A stretch of 35,130 nt of DNA, from positions 156,183,928 through 156,219,057 of the forward strand of contig NC_068983.1 of assembly GCF_001194135.2 (NCBI RefSeq), read 5' to 3'. Position 1 is the stretch's first letter; each line of letters opens with the position of its first letter. This DNA comes from Octopus bimaculoides (Eukaryota). Positions 1-12,800 of the stretch are shown in pieces. A model generated the notes under the pieces. The model saw nothing but the letters and a program-made list of their open reading frames with translations. It was not told the origin of the DNA and made no database searches. The position numbers were made by a program, and so were the translations under genes.

Positions 1-29
<29 letters not shown>
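1..29. repeat. (TG)n microsatellite
   Basis: Perfect TG run at window start. Confidence 0.98.
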
Positions 30-33
<4 letters not shown>

Positions 34-53
34 CTGATACGAGAAAGTTGTTG

Positions 54-101
54 CCAATGACTCCGAAGTTTCGGCCAGCTAGGCCATCGTCGTAAAATTA
101 G
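54..101 (-). ncRNA. Decayed Penelope-type minimal hammerhead ribozyme motif
   Basis: Minus strand: ctaat-ttt-acGACGA-t-GGCC-tagct-GGCC-GAAAC-TTCGGA-GTC-attgg. Helix II, GAAA, 3-bp helix III and GUC site are present; the first two core bases read AC instead of CU. Confidence 0.5.
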
Positions 102-176
102 TTTTATCATAACTGAACATGATCAGCTAAAAAAAAAAAATAAATAAAAATAACCAATCGCACACAAAGAAATGAA

Positions 177-395
177 AGGCCTCTATGGAATCGATTTTCT
201 TGCTAGAAATAACAGAGACGTGTTTTCAAATAACACAGTGTCGGCTAAAATCTATTGGGGACGTATTAAAGAACGTAATATTGTGTAGACAAAAATCAAT
301 AAATAATTGAGATGGTCACGGCTGGAAACCATTTTGATAACAGAACTGCTCGCTCAGAGTTTAACTGAAATATAAACAACAACAAAAACAGCAAC
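177..395 (+). mobile_element. SINE-like repeat, family D, (AAC)n tail
   Basis: Shares tgctagaaataacag and atggtcacggctggaa with the inverted copy at 17699-17894 (13/15 and 12/16 matches); ends taaacaacaac. Confidence 0.55.
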
Positions 396-639
396 CGAAA
401 ATAGAGTTAGCTTTAAAACCTTTTAGAGACAGAGATTTATAGAAATATCCTTTTCTTTTTAGTTTAATCATGGAATCTCCTGTTGCACGAACTTGCCATG
501 TGTGAGTGAGTGTAAATACTTTGATTGGATGCTTTTTCGTCTGATATAGTACGCCATGATGGTGTTTATCACTCCTTTGGGGCTTTGTGATGGGAAGGTA
601 GACTCATGGTAATGAATCGGAACACGCGATATACAAGAT

Positions 640-870
640 AAAAGAAAGACAGGGCGGAGAAGCAAAAGAAGACGAAGGCAACGACAACAGATGAAGAAGA
701 ACAAGAACAAGAACAGCAACAACAACAACAACAACAACAACAAAAGGAGAAGAGGTAGACAAGAAGACAAAAGGAAAGAGAAAAGAAAGCAAAAACGATA
801 AATAAAAAAGACGGGAAAAGAAGCAAAATAAAAACAACACAACATAAACAATAGCAACTTCAACAAGAAT
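640..870. repeat. Purine-rich low-complexity tract with (GAA)/(CAA)n
   Basis: gaagaagaacaagaacaag...(caa)n...; explains the poly-L/C/V ORFs on the minus strand. Confidence 0.85.
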
Positions 871-965
871 AACGACTATGGCGGAGACAACATGAAAGAA
901 GAAACAAGTGGAAATGGCGATAAGGCATTACATTTCTTGCTATTCCATCAAGATACAGCTAAACT

Positions 966-999
966 GAAGAATGCTTGGCGATAACGCCAAGCATTCTTC
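966..999. other. Perfect 15-bp inverted repeat, 4-nt loop
   Basis: gaagaatgcttggcg-ataa-cgccaagcattcttc; imperfect extension ctaaact / tgttag. Confidence 0.92.
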
Positions 1000-1339
1000 T
1001 GTTAGTAGAGGGAAATGTCTGTTATTGTGTTACATACTTGATAAAGTTTAAATTAAGCACTTTACCTCGCGTAGTTTTTGCGCATTATAACTTCTGTAGT
1101 TTTGCTCTGAGTTATCCCTAACATAGCAGTCTTATGTTCGTTATATTCATAGTATATATATATGTGGGACTAGACTACTGAATATGTGGTTCTTCTTTTA
1201 AGATAGTAGGCTGTGTTCTGGGTGCAATTAGGCTGTTACTACTAGCAATTCAAGACTTGCATAGACCATGCAAAAGTCTTCTTTATAGTTATTGATGCTG
1301 TCTTTTACTTGTGGCCCATCCTACTACGAGAACATATAA

Positions 1340-1830
1340 CAACATCTTTCCAAACTCGTTTGATGTTATACTTCAGAAGCTGTGCATTTACCACGCCATA
1401 TCCTATCATGTTTATTCTTTCATTAAATCATAGGATGTGGTGAGAGAAGATTTCGTTAATTTTAAGGCTTTTTGGTGGGGGGAGAAAGGCAGCGACCATA
1501 GCGATTTTCAGGGCTTGTGTGACAGGTGGAATACAAAGTTAGGCGTTGTATGGTTTCCTACAAAAAGCCACATGGTGTGTTTAGACACTGAAGTTCAGAA
1601 AGATTTCTCGGACTTAAATTGAGTCGAACACAGCTGTTCTAGGCATCATTAATAGACTGAATGTTAAGAGTTAAGACTCCAATGTTAATAGAATTTCTAA
1701 AAACAAAGTACGGTACCATATTCAAGAGTACTTCACCTCTGGTTGTTTGATATGTCATTGATTACAGAATTAGCAGGACCAGCTATGTGCCCAAACAAAC
1801 AGGCAGAATTTGTGGACCTCAGCTCTATAA
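1340..1830 (+). mobile_element. Highly decayed CR1/L2-group LINE RT relic (tentative)
   Basis: Frame 1203-1622 has only 2 internal stops. Peptides FDVILQKLCIYH..IKS, DFQGLCDRW..PTKSH, KDFSDLN*VEH, VLGIINR and KVRYHIQEY loosely follow the order of RT C-terminal motifs. Confidence 0.35.
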
Positions 1831-2229
1831 TCACACCAGCCATGACTGCTGTTCAATGGATATTTTAAACTGAAACAGACAGTTGTATTTCAAAGTTAAC
1901 AAAGAGGCTTCAAGATGGATTACTGTGTGTGGGAAAAGTAGGTACGACATTTGGCAATATTCAGAAGTAGAATATCATAATTAGCAGTATTTGATACTAG
2001 TAAGACATGATTAAAATATAGGAAAACTAGGGTAATCGTTCAAGAAAACAGCAAAATATTGCACAGTGTTTCTGAAACTTTGAAGAGTACTGAAAAACGT
2101 TTCAGAAAATCTATAAATGGTATCGAGAAAAATAATGTTAAACATTGAATGGTAAAACCATTACAGTGTTGAAATGTGTTCACTAGATTATTTCAAATGA
2201 AATGCAGTTACCACCAAAATTTTATCCAA

Positions 2230-2232
<3 letters not shown>

Positions 2233-2295
<63 letters not shown>
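2233..2295. repeat. (TG)n microsatellite
   Basis: Perfect TG run. Confidence 0.98.
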
Positions 2296-2299
<4 letters not shown>

Positions 2300-2312
2300 A
2301 CACATTTGTATA

Positions 2313-2366
2313 TATTCTTTTACTTGCTTCACTCATCTGACTGCGGCCATGCTGAAGCACCACCTT
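2313..2366 (-). mobile_element. SINE family B, 3' terminal fragment
   Basis: tattcttttacttgcttcactcatctgactgcggccatgctgaagcaccacctt is the reverse complement of the tail at 27882-27925. Confidence 0.75.
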
Positions 2367-2389
2367 ATACGCGTATTGTTGTTACTATG

Positions 2390-2454
2390 TGAATCTTTTC
2401 AGGGTCGATATAAACAAACTTGCTGGCATTGTGCCAAAATTTGAAACCATTATC

Positions 2455-2516
<62 letters not shown>

Positions 2517-2530
2517 CATTATTATTATTA
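2390..2530 (+). mobile_element. SINE family A 3' fragment with (ATT)n tail
   Basis: ttgctggcattgtgccaaaatttgaaaccatt nearly matches 33961-33992, followed by an (ATT)n run. Confidence 0.65.
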
Positions 2531-3265
2531 GGAAGATAAGTTATCTTTGATATATGCGCTTGTATGTTTCTGCAGAAGAAAGAGGAGCTAAATAGATAAA
2601 TATATAAGGAGAAGAGCAAGTAAAATCGATTTTGTTCAATGATAAAACATACCATATTTCAACTAATTTATTTAAAATGCGTATATGACAGAAGTCACAT
2701 GACTAATTTTCAGTAACTATTGCCTTCCCTTTTTGCGTCTATAGTCCACTCCCTCCACCTTTGCCACTCTTCACTCTAGTAGCTGCAAATTACAAACTAA
2801 GTCTATGCATTGTTCATAAGAATCCGAAAGAAGATTTAGACGACAACCTAATAAGAGTTTTCCCCCAACTTTTCTTTTATTCCAATCATATCCAGATCCA
2901 CAGGGAAATTACTACGAAAATCTCATAGATGAGTTAAAATAAATATATCAATCTAAACATATACGTGTTAGCATACAGCACATATTCACAGAGAGCTAAA
3001 CACACTTCATAGTGATGCACGACCGTGTCACTGCTCATAAAGGCATATTTGAATATAAATACACATATATAAACATCAGAGACATATGTAAGCACATACA
3101 AAGAGAATAAATTAAAACACACTCGTATATATATATATACAACTTCCAACTCCAACTAATACATTCATAAACTCACACTCGTTTTAATGAAGTCATATAT
3201 GAAAGAATACCTACATTGTCAAAATCTTATATGCATATTAGTGTGTTGGAAAGTAGTAGCATGGG

Positions 3266-3318
3266 AAGAGAGAGAGAGAGAGTGAAAGAGAGAGAGAGAG
3301 AAAGAGAAAGAGAGAGAC
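3266..3318. repeat. (AG)n microsatellite, interrupted
   Basis: Direct reading. Confidence 0.9.
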
Positions 3319-4324
3319 AAATTTGTAAATAGAAGCGTAGAAAAGATTCATTAGAGAGAGAGGTGGGGTACTAAGACGGTGAAGGAATTAGTGTCAAAGT
3401 TTAAATATCTAATTTCAAATTTTATTGGTAACGTTCATAATTACTAAAGACTAAATACGGGTACAATGTCATTTTCAGTTGACAAGACAGCGCGGCCTTG
3501 TATCTTATCTAATGTTGATAAAAGCGACTGTGATATTACACCCTTTCCCGGAGATATTATATAGATTTCGGGCGAAAGTATGATTAGTGTTAATGTTTGC
3601 GATTTGTCTGAAATATATTATATGTCATTAGGGTCCAAAAGCTACTTTTTCTGAGAGAATTTCACACAGTTGGGGGTGTTTTGATTGCTGGAATAAAATG
3701 AATAGCATAGCTGTAGTTTATGTCATATCTGCTATATTACTTTAACTATAATATATACAATCCTGAGAGCGACATGGCTGTAAGGAATGATAAATGGTCG
3801 CTTGGATATGAGAATCATCTATCGTAGGATAATGTTTCACACTAGGAAAAGTTGATCAAAACTCTGAAAAACAACAAAATACAGATTCTATTACATAATA
3901 CATGCCCTGTATTATGTGTCATTTACATTGCTAAATGATTCAACCTTTAACGGCAGAACTGTTAAAGGTCCACTTTGCTACTGACGTAAATAAACGACAA
4001 TTTTGATGTATGAGCTAACCCGGTGATATGGTTCGTTATTAGCTCATCTATCTTTTCTCTTAGTATTAACAGAAGGGCCTCGGTAGGTTAGAGTTGACTA
4101 TGTGAATCCCCGGAAGGTTTAAGCAATTATTTTGTGATAACCAGCAGGTGCTTGTGCATACCGGTCACTCTTCTCTACCTTACTAATGTAGAACAAGATA
4201 AAATCCACAACTTTAAGTCCGATACATCCTGGGCCCAGTGTCGTAGCAGGCATTGTTCTAGGAACGCAAAAGGCTACAACATATATAACAAGATACCATG
4301 TTCAACATTCTAACAGTTTCACCA

Positions 4325-4420
4325 ATCAACCAAATTAATTACTTCATTATCGACAAATAATGAAAAAGAAAGCTGATCTGAGCCGAATTTGAACACAGCG
4401 CAGAGATTCGGAATATGTTT
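4325..4420 (-). mobile_element. SINE family A, degenerate
   Basis: tacttcattatcgac...tgaaaaagaaagctgatctgagccgaatttgaacacag aligns with tacttaatttatggacc...tgaaaggcaaagtcgacgtcggcggaatttgaactcag (25019-25083). Confidence 0.45.
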
Positions 4421-5225
4421 GGATGCATTCTATGCATTGCCTTCACTGCTCAGCTAAATTTTCAATCTTCTTGCTATTATTACCGACATACAACAGGAAT
4501 CTTTACGTTCAACGTCATGGTAGTTATTTGCTTATTAGATTCCCTTGTAAATGACTGATAATGATTTCGTCGACTGAGATGTGTATCGACATCATAAATA
4601 CGGTATCATTTCAATAAGATTTCAGTGCGTAATTTAAAACAAAACAGTAGTTGTAATTCAATTATTTAATAGTAAACATAGTTAACGTTTTGCAAGAAAA
4701 ATTTAAAACAAAAAAAACAAAACAAATAAAACTAATTGTTAAATTATGAAAAAATAACGTTAATTTAATGACCAATAATATTTTAATCATTTTGGCGGCT
4801 ATGAGAGATTACTAATTTCGAACTTGTCACATTTCTTTAGACAAGTATAAGCAGAGGTTTCACCCATAATAGCTAAGATAATAAACTGATAATGACAAAG
4901 TCGATGGTCTCTGTTTTACACGATTAGTCGCGAAGATTAGGAAAGGTTACATTTTTGCTATAGGTCGAATATGCTGCGAGCACAATGTCGCTTTACATTC
5001 TAAATATTTTATATTTCTGTTCTAACACTTCAACCTTTACATAAGGAATATCGCACGTTTAAGTTAGTAAATGCGATGAAGTCTACGATTCGATGTTGCA
5101 GACATAACAAACTGAGTCCCATCTAAAGCAGAAGAGCTGATATTTCGTAAGAAATTTTGCATAGAGCCTCTGTAAGGAGGCCTCACCTAGCACCATGTAA
5201 AGGCCTGTTTTTTTTTTCTTACCAG

Positions 5226-5392
5226 AAAGACGAAGAAGAAAATCCATTCACACAACCTACAAATACAGGCAGAACTCACCATCATATATGCAAACAATCC
5301 ATTAACCGTTGATTTACCACTAAATATGTCTCCTGTGGTTTGTACTAAACTTAAGTCAGTCAGGCAACTTCAAATCACCTTTAGGCTATCGG
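5226..5392 (+). CDS. Possible internal exon of an unidentified gene
   Basis: Acceptor tttttttttttcttaccAG, donor cgg/GTATGT, 167 nt, one fully open frame (KTKKKIHSHNLQIQAELTIIYANNPLTVDLPLNMSPVVCTKLKSVRQLQITFRLS). No homology recognised. Confidence 0.22.
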
Positions 5393-6759
5393 GTATGTGT
5401 AGTTATCGCACGTTCGCAGCGTGAGTGAAATAAAATTAGTCCAAGAGTAAATAAATGGGAAACGCAGGAATAGCTGTTGACAGGCTTGAAACACGCCCAA
5501 TGCATATCCCGAAAACCGCTAATCTAATTACTGTTTCTGCTATTTTCAGTAGTAAAATGAAGAATTTGAGAAGTGGTTTGTTGAAAACGCCTTTTATATT
5601 ACTTACAGATATATGTACAAAAGCAGAATATAGTGTCACTTCATTCCTTAAATGTTAAAATCTATGATAGAAATAGAAATCAATATTATATATCGTGTTA
5701 GATGCTGTATGAAAGTTATATGTGCCTAGAGTTTCGCGTAAGGCACATATCAAACAAATATAAATCATTGGTCTCTTTATATATCTATAAAAGAAATAAT
5801 TCTGGAGAATCTGTGGAGTTTCTTAGAAAAATAAACGAAGGAAGCTTACTGTTACATACACTGTTATATATGTATACGTAATCAGGTACGCACACGTTAT
5901 GTATATTCAATCATAAAAACATGCACTCACACATACAAATATATAGATACAAACACACACACACTCACATATATGCATAAATACGTCTGTGTTACATAAC
6001 TTAGATACGTTTTCACTATTGTTGGTCCAGATGATTTGTAATAGAAAACCCGACCGAGTGAGGTTTTCAGACATATTTAGGTACACCATAGGCTCACTTG
6101 TCTAAGGGATTGTTGCCGGGCCAAACTTATTCGGGCGTAAGTGGCATTTCAGGTAGTTGTTCTTTTAATTTGGAGGGATTTTTCACCAAGTGTTTAATTA
6201 CTTTAGAATCTTTTTTCCCTTCCTTTCAACCCTTTCTGGATCATCTTGAACAAATCAGAACCATTTGAACAAAACTGTTGTGTCGGATTGTTTATGTGGT
6301 GCAATATCGATTTTTGTAAGTGATGTACGTCACGGGGTCGTAGGCTCGGGCATTTACAAATTTGTACCAGCATCATTTTGATATATCAAAGGAATACTTG
6401 CCGAATTTTACAAATAATGTAGCAGAAACAACAGCATTAGAGATCATATAATTTGTGCTTTTTTAGTTGATTCCAGTAACGAAGGTCTATCATGATATTT
6501 ATTTTAGAATTTTTAATTCACCTCCAGGATGAGTCAATCCTCATACTATATTTGGATATTGGAAGGCCAAAGCGCGCTGTATAATTTAAAGTGAGACAAC
6601 GCAAATGTAGAGAAAAAAGGGTCACTGGAAATTCCTAAGAATCTAAGATCATATTGTGCGGGCCATATCGAGTTTGTAGATGTGTGCATTGTACTTGTAT
6701 GCATTCCAGCATGTTATGACGACAAAGAAAACATTCACATAAATACGTACGTACATGCA

Positions 6760-6945
6760 CAACACACACACACGTACATATATATATATAGATAGATAGA
6801 TAGATAGATACATACATACATGCATACATACATACATACATACATACATATAATATACGGATATGCATACACTTAACACAAATACATAAATACAAACATA
6901 TATATGCGCAGGTGTGTATGTATGTATACATACATATATACACGC
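6760..6945. repeat. Compound (CA)/(TA)/(GATA)/(CATA) microsatellite
   Basis: Direct reading. Confidence 0.9.
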
Positions 6946-9867
6946 ACAGAAATCATGAAATTGAAATATACACATACGTAAAACACACCTTATCATGTTT
7001 GCGATTGGCAACGATTCCCCATCGAACTATGAGGTCAATTCGAGTTTTATGATTTAAAGATGCTTCATTTTCAGGAAAAATATAATTTTACAAAAACTAA
7101 AACAATAAATAAATAAATTTTAAAAAAAGACAAAAGACAACAGAACAATAAGTGCATCCTTAAATCCCCAACCAAAACATACAACACACGCAAAACTTGA
7201 AAAATTATTAAGTTTTGAAATTTATTTAACCAATTATTCAATTTACTGAGTAAAGTAATTCTCTAGAGAAGTTTTATGGTGGAAACTAATCTAATTTTAA
7301 CGGCAATTAAAGTCAACTGACATTTTATGTTTGGTTACTGGGTTATATACGTCGTTGGGTAATGACATAATGAAGGTAATAAGTACTTATCTTCGCAAAA
7401 GAAAAATTTAAGCTAATTTCGGGGAAGAGGAAGTTGGAATGAGTTTGCAGAGTTGATTGTGGCTCCAGTTCTTAAGCTAAAAAATCGACAGTTTTTATCA
7501 AGCCAGTAGCGTTTTCCTATATACTTAATCAGTCATCATGCGCTTAGTCATTGATCGTTCATTATTCAACGTGAGTGTCGTACTTACATAATGTATTTCT
7601 ATGTATGAGTAAGTGTCTGGGTATGTAGTTTGTATATTGGTGTATATTTCGACAGATGGACATTTGCTAACACAAAAGTTTACTTCTCGAGCAGAAATAG
7701 ACACATAAAACGCAGCTCTAATCGCCTGGGATTTCTGAGATTTAAACCTTCAAAAAAAGTTATTCTCAGCTAGGAGGCTTCCTATGCGTCCTATAAACCA
7801 CCCTATATGTATATATATATATATATATGAAAGAAGGTTTGAAAATGCACTTATTTTGAAAAAATATTTATTTACTTTGGTCATTGTTCTTGTTGGTTGG
7901 TAGTTGACTACTCTTTCATAGTACGTAGTGTCTTGTAAGAGTTGAGATACAGAGTTTTTGTATTGTTCTGTATCAATAATGACGACAGTGCTACCCTTAT
8001 CTGCTTCTTTGATTGTGATGTCATGATTGTTTCGTAACTCATGGATGATTTTCCATTCGTTTTTACTGGTGTTGGGTTTGGGTTTAGGTTGTGNNNNNNN
8101 NNNNNNNNNNNNNNNNNNNNNNNNNNNNNNNNNNNNNNNNNNNNNNNNNNNNNNNNNNNNNNNNNNNNNNNNNNNNNNNNNNNNNNNNNNNNNNNNNNNN
8201 NNNNNNNNNNNNNNNNNNNNNNNNNNNNNNNNNNNNNNNNNNNNNNNNNNNNNNNNNNNNNNNNNNNNNNNNNNNNNNNNNNNNNNNNNNNNNNNNNNNN
8301 NNNNNNNNNNNNNNNNNNNNNNNNNNNNNNNNNNNNNNNNNNNNNNNNNNNNNNNNNNNNNNNNNNNNNNNNNNNNNNNNNNNNNNNNNNNNNNNNNNNN
8401 NNNNNNNNNNNNNNNNNNNNNNNNNNNNNNNNNNNNNNNNNNNNNNNNNNNNNNNNNNNNNNNNNNNNNNNNNNNNNNNNNNNNNNNNNNNNNNNNNNNN
8501 NNNNNNNNNNNNNNNNNNNNNNNNNNNNNNNNNNNNNNNNNNNNNNNNNNNNNNNNNNNNNNNNNNNNNNNNNNNNNNNNNNNNNNNNNNNNNNNNNNNN
8601 NNNNNNNNNNNNNNNNNNNNNNNNNNNNNNNNNNNNNNNNNNNNNNNNNNNNNNNNNNNNNNNNNNNNNNNNNNNNNNNNNNNNNNNNNNNNNNNNNNNN
8701 NNNNNNNNNNNNNNNNNNNNNNNNNNNNNNNNNNNNNNNNNNNNNNNNNNNNNNNNNNNNNNNNNNNNNNNNNNNNNNNNNNNNNNNNNNNNNNNNNNNN
8801 NNNNNNNNNGCAGTTTCTTACGGTAGTAGAAAAGGAATTTTTAACTCCTATTTCTAAATTCGGTATGTGGTGAAGCAATTAGCGGACCCCTAATTATAAT
8901 TATGTTTATAATTATAGTATACATATATATATATATATGTATGAGTACACAAATATTTGCATTATTTACTTATTTATTTAAATTAAGGTATTGACCTCTA
9001 CTTTAGTTCTCTGCACAAAGACCTGACTGTAGATACAGAGATCTGTAGATACAATAGTCGTAGAGAGTGAAACGAGTAACAAAGTGAAAACTTCAGTTTA
9101 AGTATGGATATGTAAAGAAACTGTATACCATCTTTTGCCTTCTTTCGGTACAAAGGTTTGCAAATTTGTTGCTCTTATCGTTGAATACAAAAGAAAACGA
9201 GAAAGGCACTAACAAAGAGAACAATAATAATATGAATTAAAGTCATTTCAGAGAGATACATGTTGGTACATGACATTATAATGCTTAAAATGCGGATAGA
9301 AAAGGGGCCATGTAAATTATAACAGAGAGAATGAAGTTGCGTTATTGATGACGAGGGGATGGAAATGGTGATGGTGACAATGAAATGCAGGAGACGGAGG
9401 GTGGTATTAGGATGATCATGATGTTGACGGCGATGCTAACGACGTCGAGCAAAAGAGGCGATATTGTCAATGAGTGTAAGACGAGATGTAAATGCAGATT
9501 AAAGGAATATTAACAAGAAATTCAAAACAAAAAAAAATAAGCAATAATAAATCCTGATAGATTTACTGATAAAGAAGAAAATGCGGAAGAAAAGATCAGG
9601 AAGATGCTGTTGATAATGCTGGGTAAACGAGGAAAACATCAAGTAAAGAAGAAAGCGAATTAATCACACATGAGACGCGAAGACAAGATGATGAGATTTA
9701 TGAAATATACAAAAATTTAATATATTTTCCAATATCACATATCAAATACATATTATATATATATATATGAATATATGTTTGTACATATGTGTGCAATTAT
9801 GTATGTAGACGTGTATTTCTGTGTGTATGCGCGTATGGGTGTTTTTGTATTCATATATATATGTATA

Positions 9868-10122
9868 TAGATAGATAGATATAGAAATAGANNNNNNNNN
9901 NNNNNNNNNNNNNNNNNNNNNNNNNNNNNNNNNNNNNNNNNNNNNNNNNNNNNNNNNNNNNNNNNNNNNNNNNNNNNNNNNNNNNNNNNNNNNNNNNNNN
10001 NNNNNNNNNNNNNNNNNNNNNNNNNNNNNNNNNNNNNNNNNNNNNNNNNNNNNNNNNNNNNNNNNNNNNNNNNNNNNNNNNNNNNNNNNNNNNNNNNNNN
10101 NNNNNNNNNNNNNNNNNNNNNN

Positions 10123-10145
<23 letters not shown>
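9868..10145. repeat. (GATA)n microsatellite spanning a gap
   Basis: GATA runs on both sides of the N-run. Confidence 0.9.
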
Positions 10146-10166
<21 letters not shown>

Positions 10167-10506
10167 GAGAGTACGAGTACCAAAATAGATTTCGAATATT
10201 TTCATTAAACCGTATTTCTGCCGGTAAACACGCATACAGGTGTATTCCTATCTACATACCCGCGTATACATCACCATGGTTAATATAAACGTATAAATAA
10301 TCGTATAGTATAGAAGATAATGTAATTTAACCCTACAAACGATAGAAAATGAGAAACGAAATTTTCTTCAAATTATTTTATGTAAAATAAAACAGAATTC
10401 AAAACTAGGGAATATAATGTAGATTGATGCACAAACACATATGGCCTTATATAGACCGAAAGTTTTACGCATATATACATACTTACAAAATCATATATAT
10501 TTAAGG

Positions 10507-10668
10507 AGAGAGAGATAGAGAGCGAGAGCGAGAGAGCGAGAGCGAGAGAGCGAGAGCGAGAGAGCGAGAGCGAGAGCGAGAGAGAGAGAGAGAGNNNNNN
10601 NNNNCGAGAGAGAGAGCGCGAGAGCGAGAGAGAGAGAGAGAGTGAGCGAGAGAGAGAGAGAGAGAGAG
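10507..10668. repeat. (GA)n/(GAGCGA)n compound microsatellite
   Basis: Direct reading. Confidence 0.93.
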
Positions 10669-10899
10669 ATATAGCTTGAGAATAGTGTGATGCAAACACA
10701 TTTGAAAAAATGAAAACAAAAATGATATTTGGTTATAGTAAAATATGACCACTTGTGTACAAATTCATTACAGGTTAATATTTATCAGTGAAAAATTCAG
10801 CAATAGAAAGAGTAATTGAAATAAAATACATATATATCAACTACAGGTATAGTGGAGATCAATCATTAACATTCGGCGTCATGGAGGGGTAACCAAAAT

Positions 10900-11440
10900 T
10901 TACCAGCGAAAATCAGGAATATACGATTCATTTTGGAGAAAAACCGTGAAGGAAGAGAAATGTGTAATGAGTATGCATTTACGCTATACGGTATAAGAAA
11001 GAAGTGCTATATCTGATTTACATCGGAAGCTTGCAGTATCAAAAATGTCACATACAATGAATGGAAAATAATTTTTAAAACGGTGACGATTGGAAAGAAT
11101 CTGGAAGAGCCTCAGTTGTTAATTACTAGTAGAGTAAATCTATTTTAATCGGAATATCTTGTCAATGTTTACTAGCAAAATTTCAAAAGGTAATTTAAGA
11201 AAATATATAATTGGATGTGTTTCTGCAAAGCAGAAATAAATCCATTACACGGAAAAAAATTAGCTAATTTTATGACGAAAATACGGCCTGTCTAACCTAA
11301 AATTCAATGATTACTGCGATGGTAAGAATATCATCTCAGGTAAACAAGCAGCTGGGAAGAAGTTCAGGGATGTATTGAGCAACTTCTAATTAACAAAAAT
11401 GTTGTCAGAGATGCGACAGCATAGAAAGTACTTGGTTACT
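10900..11440 (+). mobile_element. Possible very old RTE-like RT relic
   Basis: RNIRFILEKNRE resembles the RTE NIRxIxEKxRE motif; only faint downstream echoes (YCDG, KYL). Confidence 0.2.
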
Positions 11441-11720
11441 CTCTGATTAGATTACAAAAGCGGGAAAAAAAGAACGACATCAATAAATCTATTTTGCACC
11501 CACCAACCACCTTCTGGATGCTACAGGCTGTTTATCAACAGCCTGGCTTTGTCCTTGATTGTCATTCTGAAGTTAAATACAATTAGTGATTGTATGTTCA
11601 CAAAGGGTACACTATCGTTTGCGCATATATCCAGCAAACATTCTGTCTGATAGTGTTTCTAATTTTAGTAGACACATTTTTCTTCTTTTGTTTGTAAGAA
11701 TATAAGAATATCAACAATGA

Positions 11721-12088
11721 CAGGTTTGGCTGTAGGATTACGAAGCTCGCTTTTTAGCTACGTACTTTTGGGTTCAGTGCCAGTGCATAGCAGCTTTTGG
11801 CACCTGTCTGATTCTATAGCACCACTCAGACAAATACCTTGAGAGTGAATTTGATAAACAGAAACTTAGAGAGCTCTTTATATATTTCTATATGTACGTC
11901 TTTATGAGTCTCTGATGTGTGTGTCCGTCTCCCCACCGATTGACAACCGGTGTTTGTTTATGTCCCTGTAAACTAGCGTTTCAGCAATATAAACCGTTCG
12001 GATTAATACAAAACATAACAAGTACTGTGGGTCAATTTATTCGAGCAAACCTTTGAATGTATTAGTCGAACGAATAAAAGGAAAAGAA
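11721..12088 (+). mobile_element. SINE family B, near full length, diverged
   Basis: Head (tggctgtagg...gggttcagtgcc), TG-rich middle, ttgacaaccggtg and aagtactgtgggtcaatttattcga all match other B copies. Confidence 0.7.
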
Positions 12089-12800
12089 ATGTAAGTTATT
12101 GGCTCATAGGAGATCAAAAACATTCAAATTGACGCATAGTTTGGTGGATGGATGACATGAAAACAGTGAGGAGAAACAACTTGACTGTACCACAACACTC
12201 TTTGTACATAGAAGTATAGTCTCGCCAAGAGAGATGTTCCGACCTGATTGTAAAACGAAGGTAACTACAAATTTGTTTAGCAATATTCCTATCAATGGTT
12301 TATTTTTTCACCTGTGTCAGAGGAAGAATGCTTTCGCCACTTAGAAATGGACGAAATATATACCCTATGCTGAAGCTTGTTACAGAAAAATGTCTTCTCA
12401 TAATATGAAATCCTATAAAAAAGTATAGACCTCTAAACTTATTGTATGCGTTTAATCAATAGCATAAAATGTGTTTGCTGAAACAGTACTAACAAGCATT
12501 GGGTTGGTCGGCATGGAACTAGAAAGTTCTATATTAGCATTGATATCGACCTCACGTACCTAAAAGGAAAAACAAGATTTGCAGAAGTGTAACATGGATC
12601 GAAACTGCATTTGGATGGCGTATCATAAATATTTCGCAACATTTACAAACTACTAATCAACGAAGGTAACCTATGAATAAAATATAATCGTGGGAGTTAA
12701 AAGGGAGTACTCCAAAAGTATGCCCTAACTGATAAATAAGACAATTGTATTAGGGGATGTGCTACTGTTGAGAATTCATACATGCTTCTAGAACTTTATA

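Noticed and set aside
5436-5658. Overlapping 67-aa ORFs on both strands, one hydrophobic
   Set aside because: Short, no recognisable family, and candidate splice sites give conflicting or stop-containing frames.
6050-6600. Complex sequence with an RAYDPV peptide on the minus strand (RT-like?)
   Set aside because: A single weak motif with no supporting RT motifs in order.
7415-7505. Faint SINE A similarity (also 13975-14045)
   Set aside because: Too diverged to call by eye.
8068-8093. ggtgttgggtttgggtttaggttg before a gap (telomere-like)
   Set aside because: Only about 3 imperfect units; an interstitial telomeric array hidden in the gap cannot be supported.
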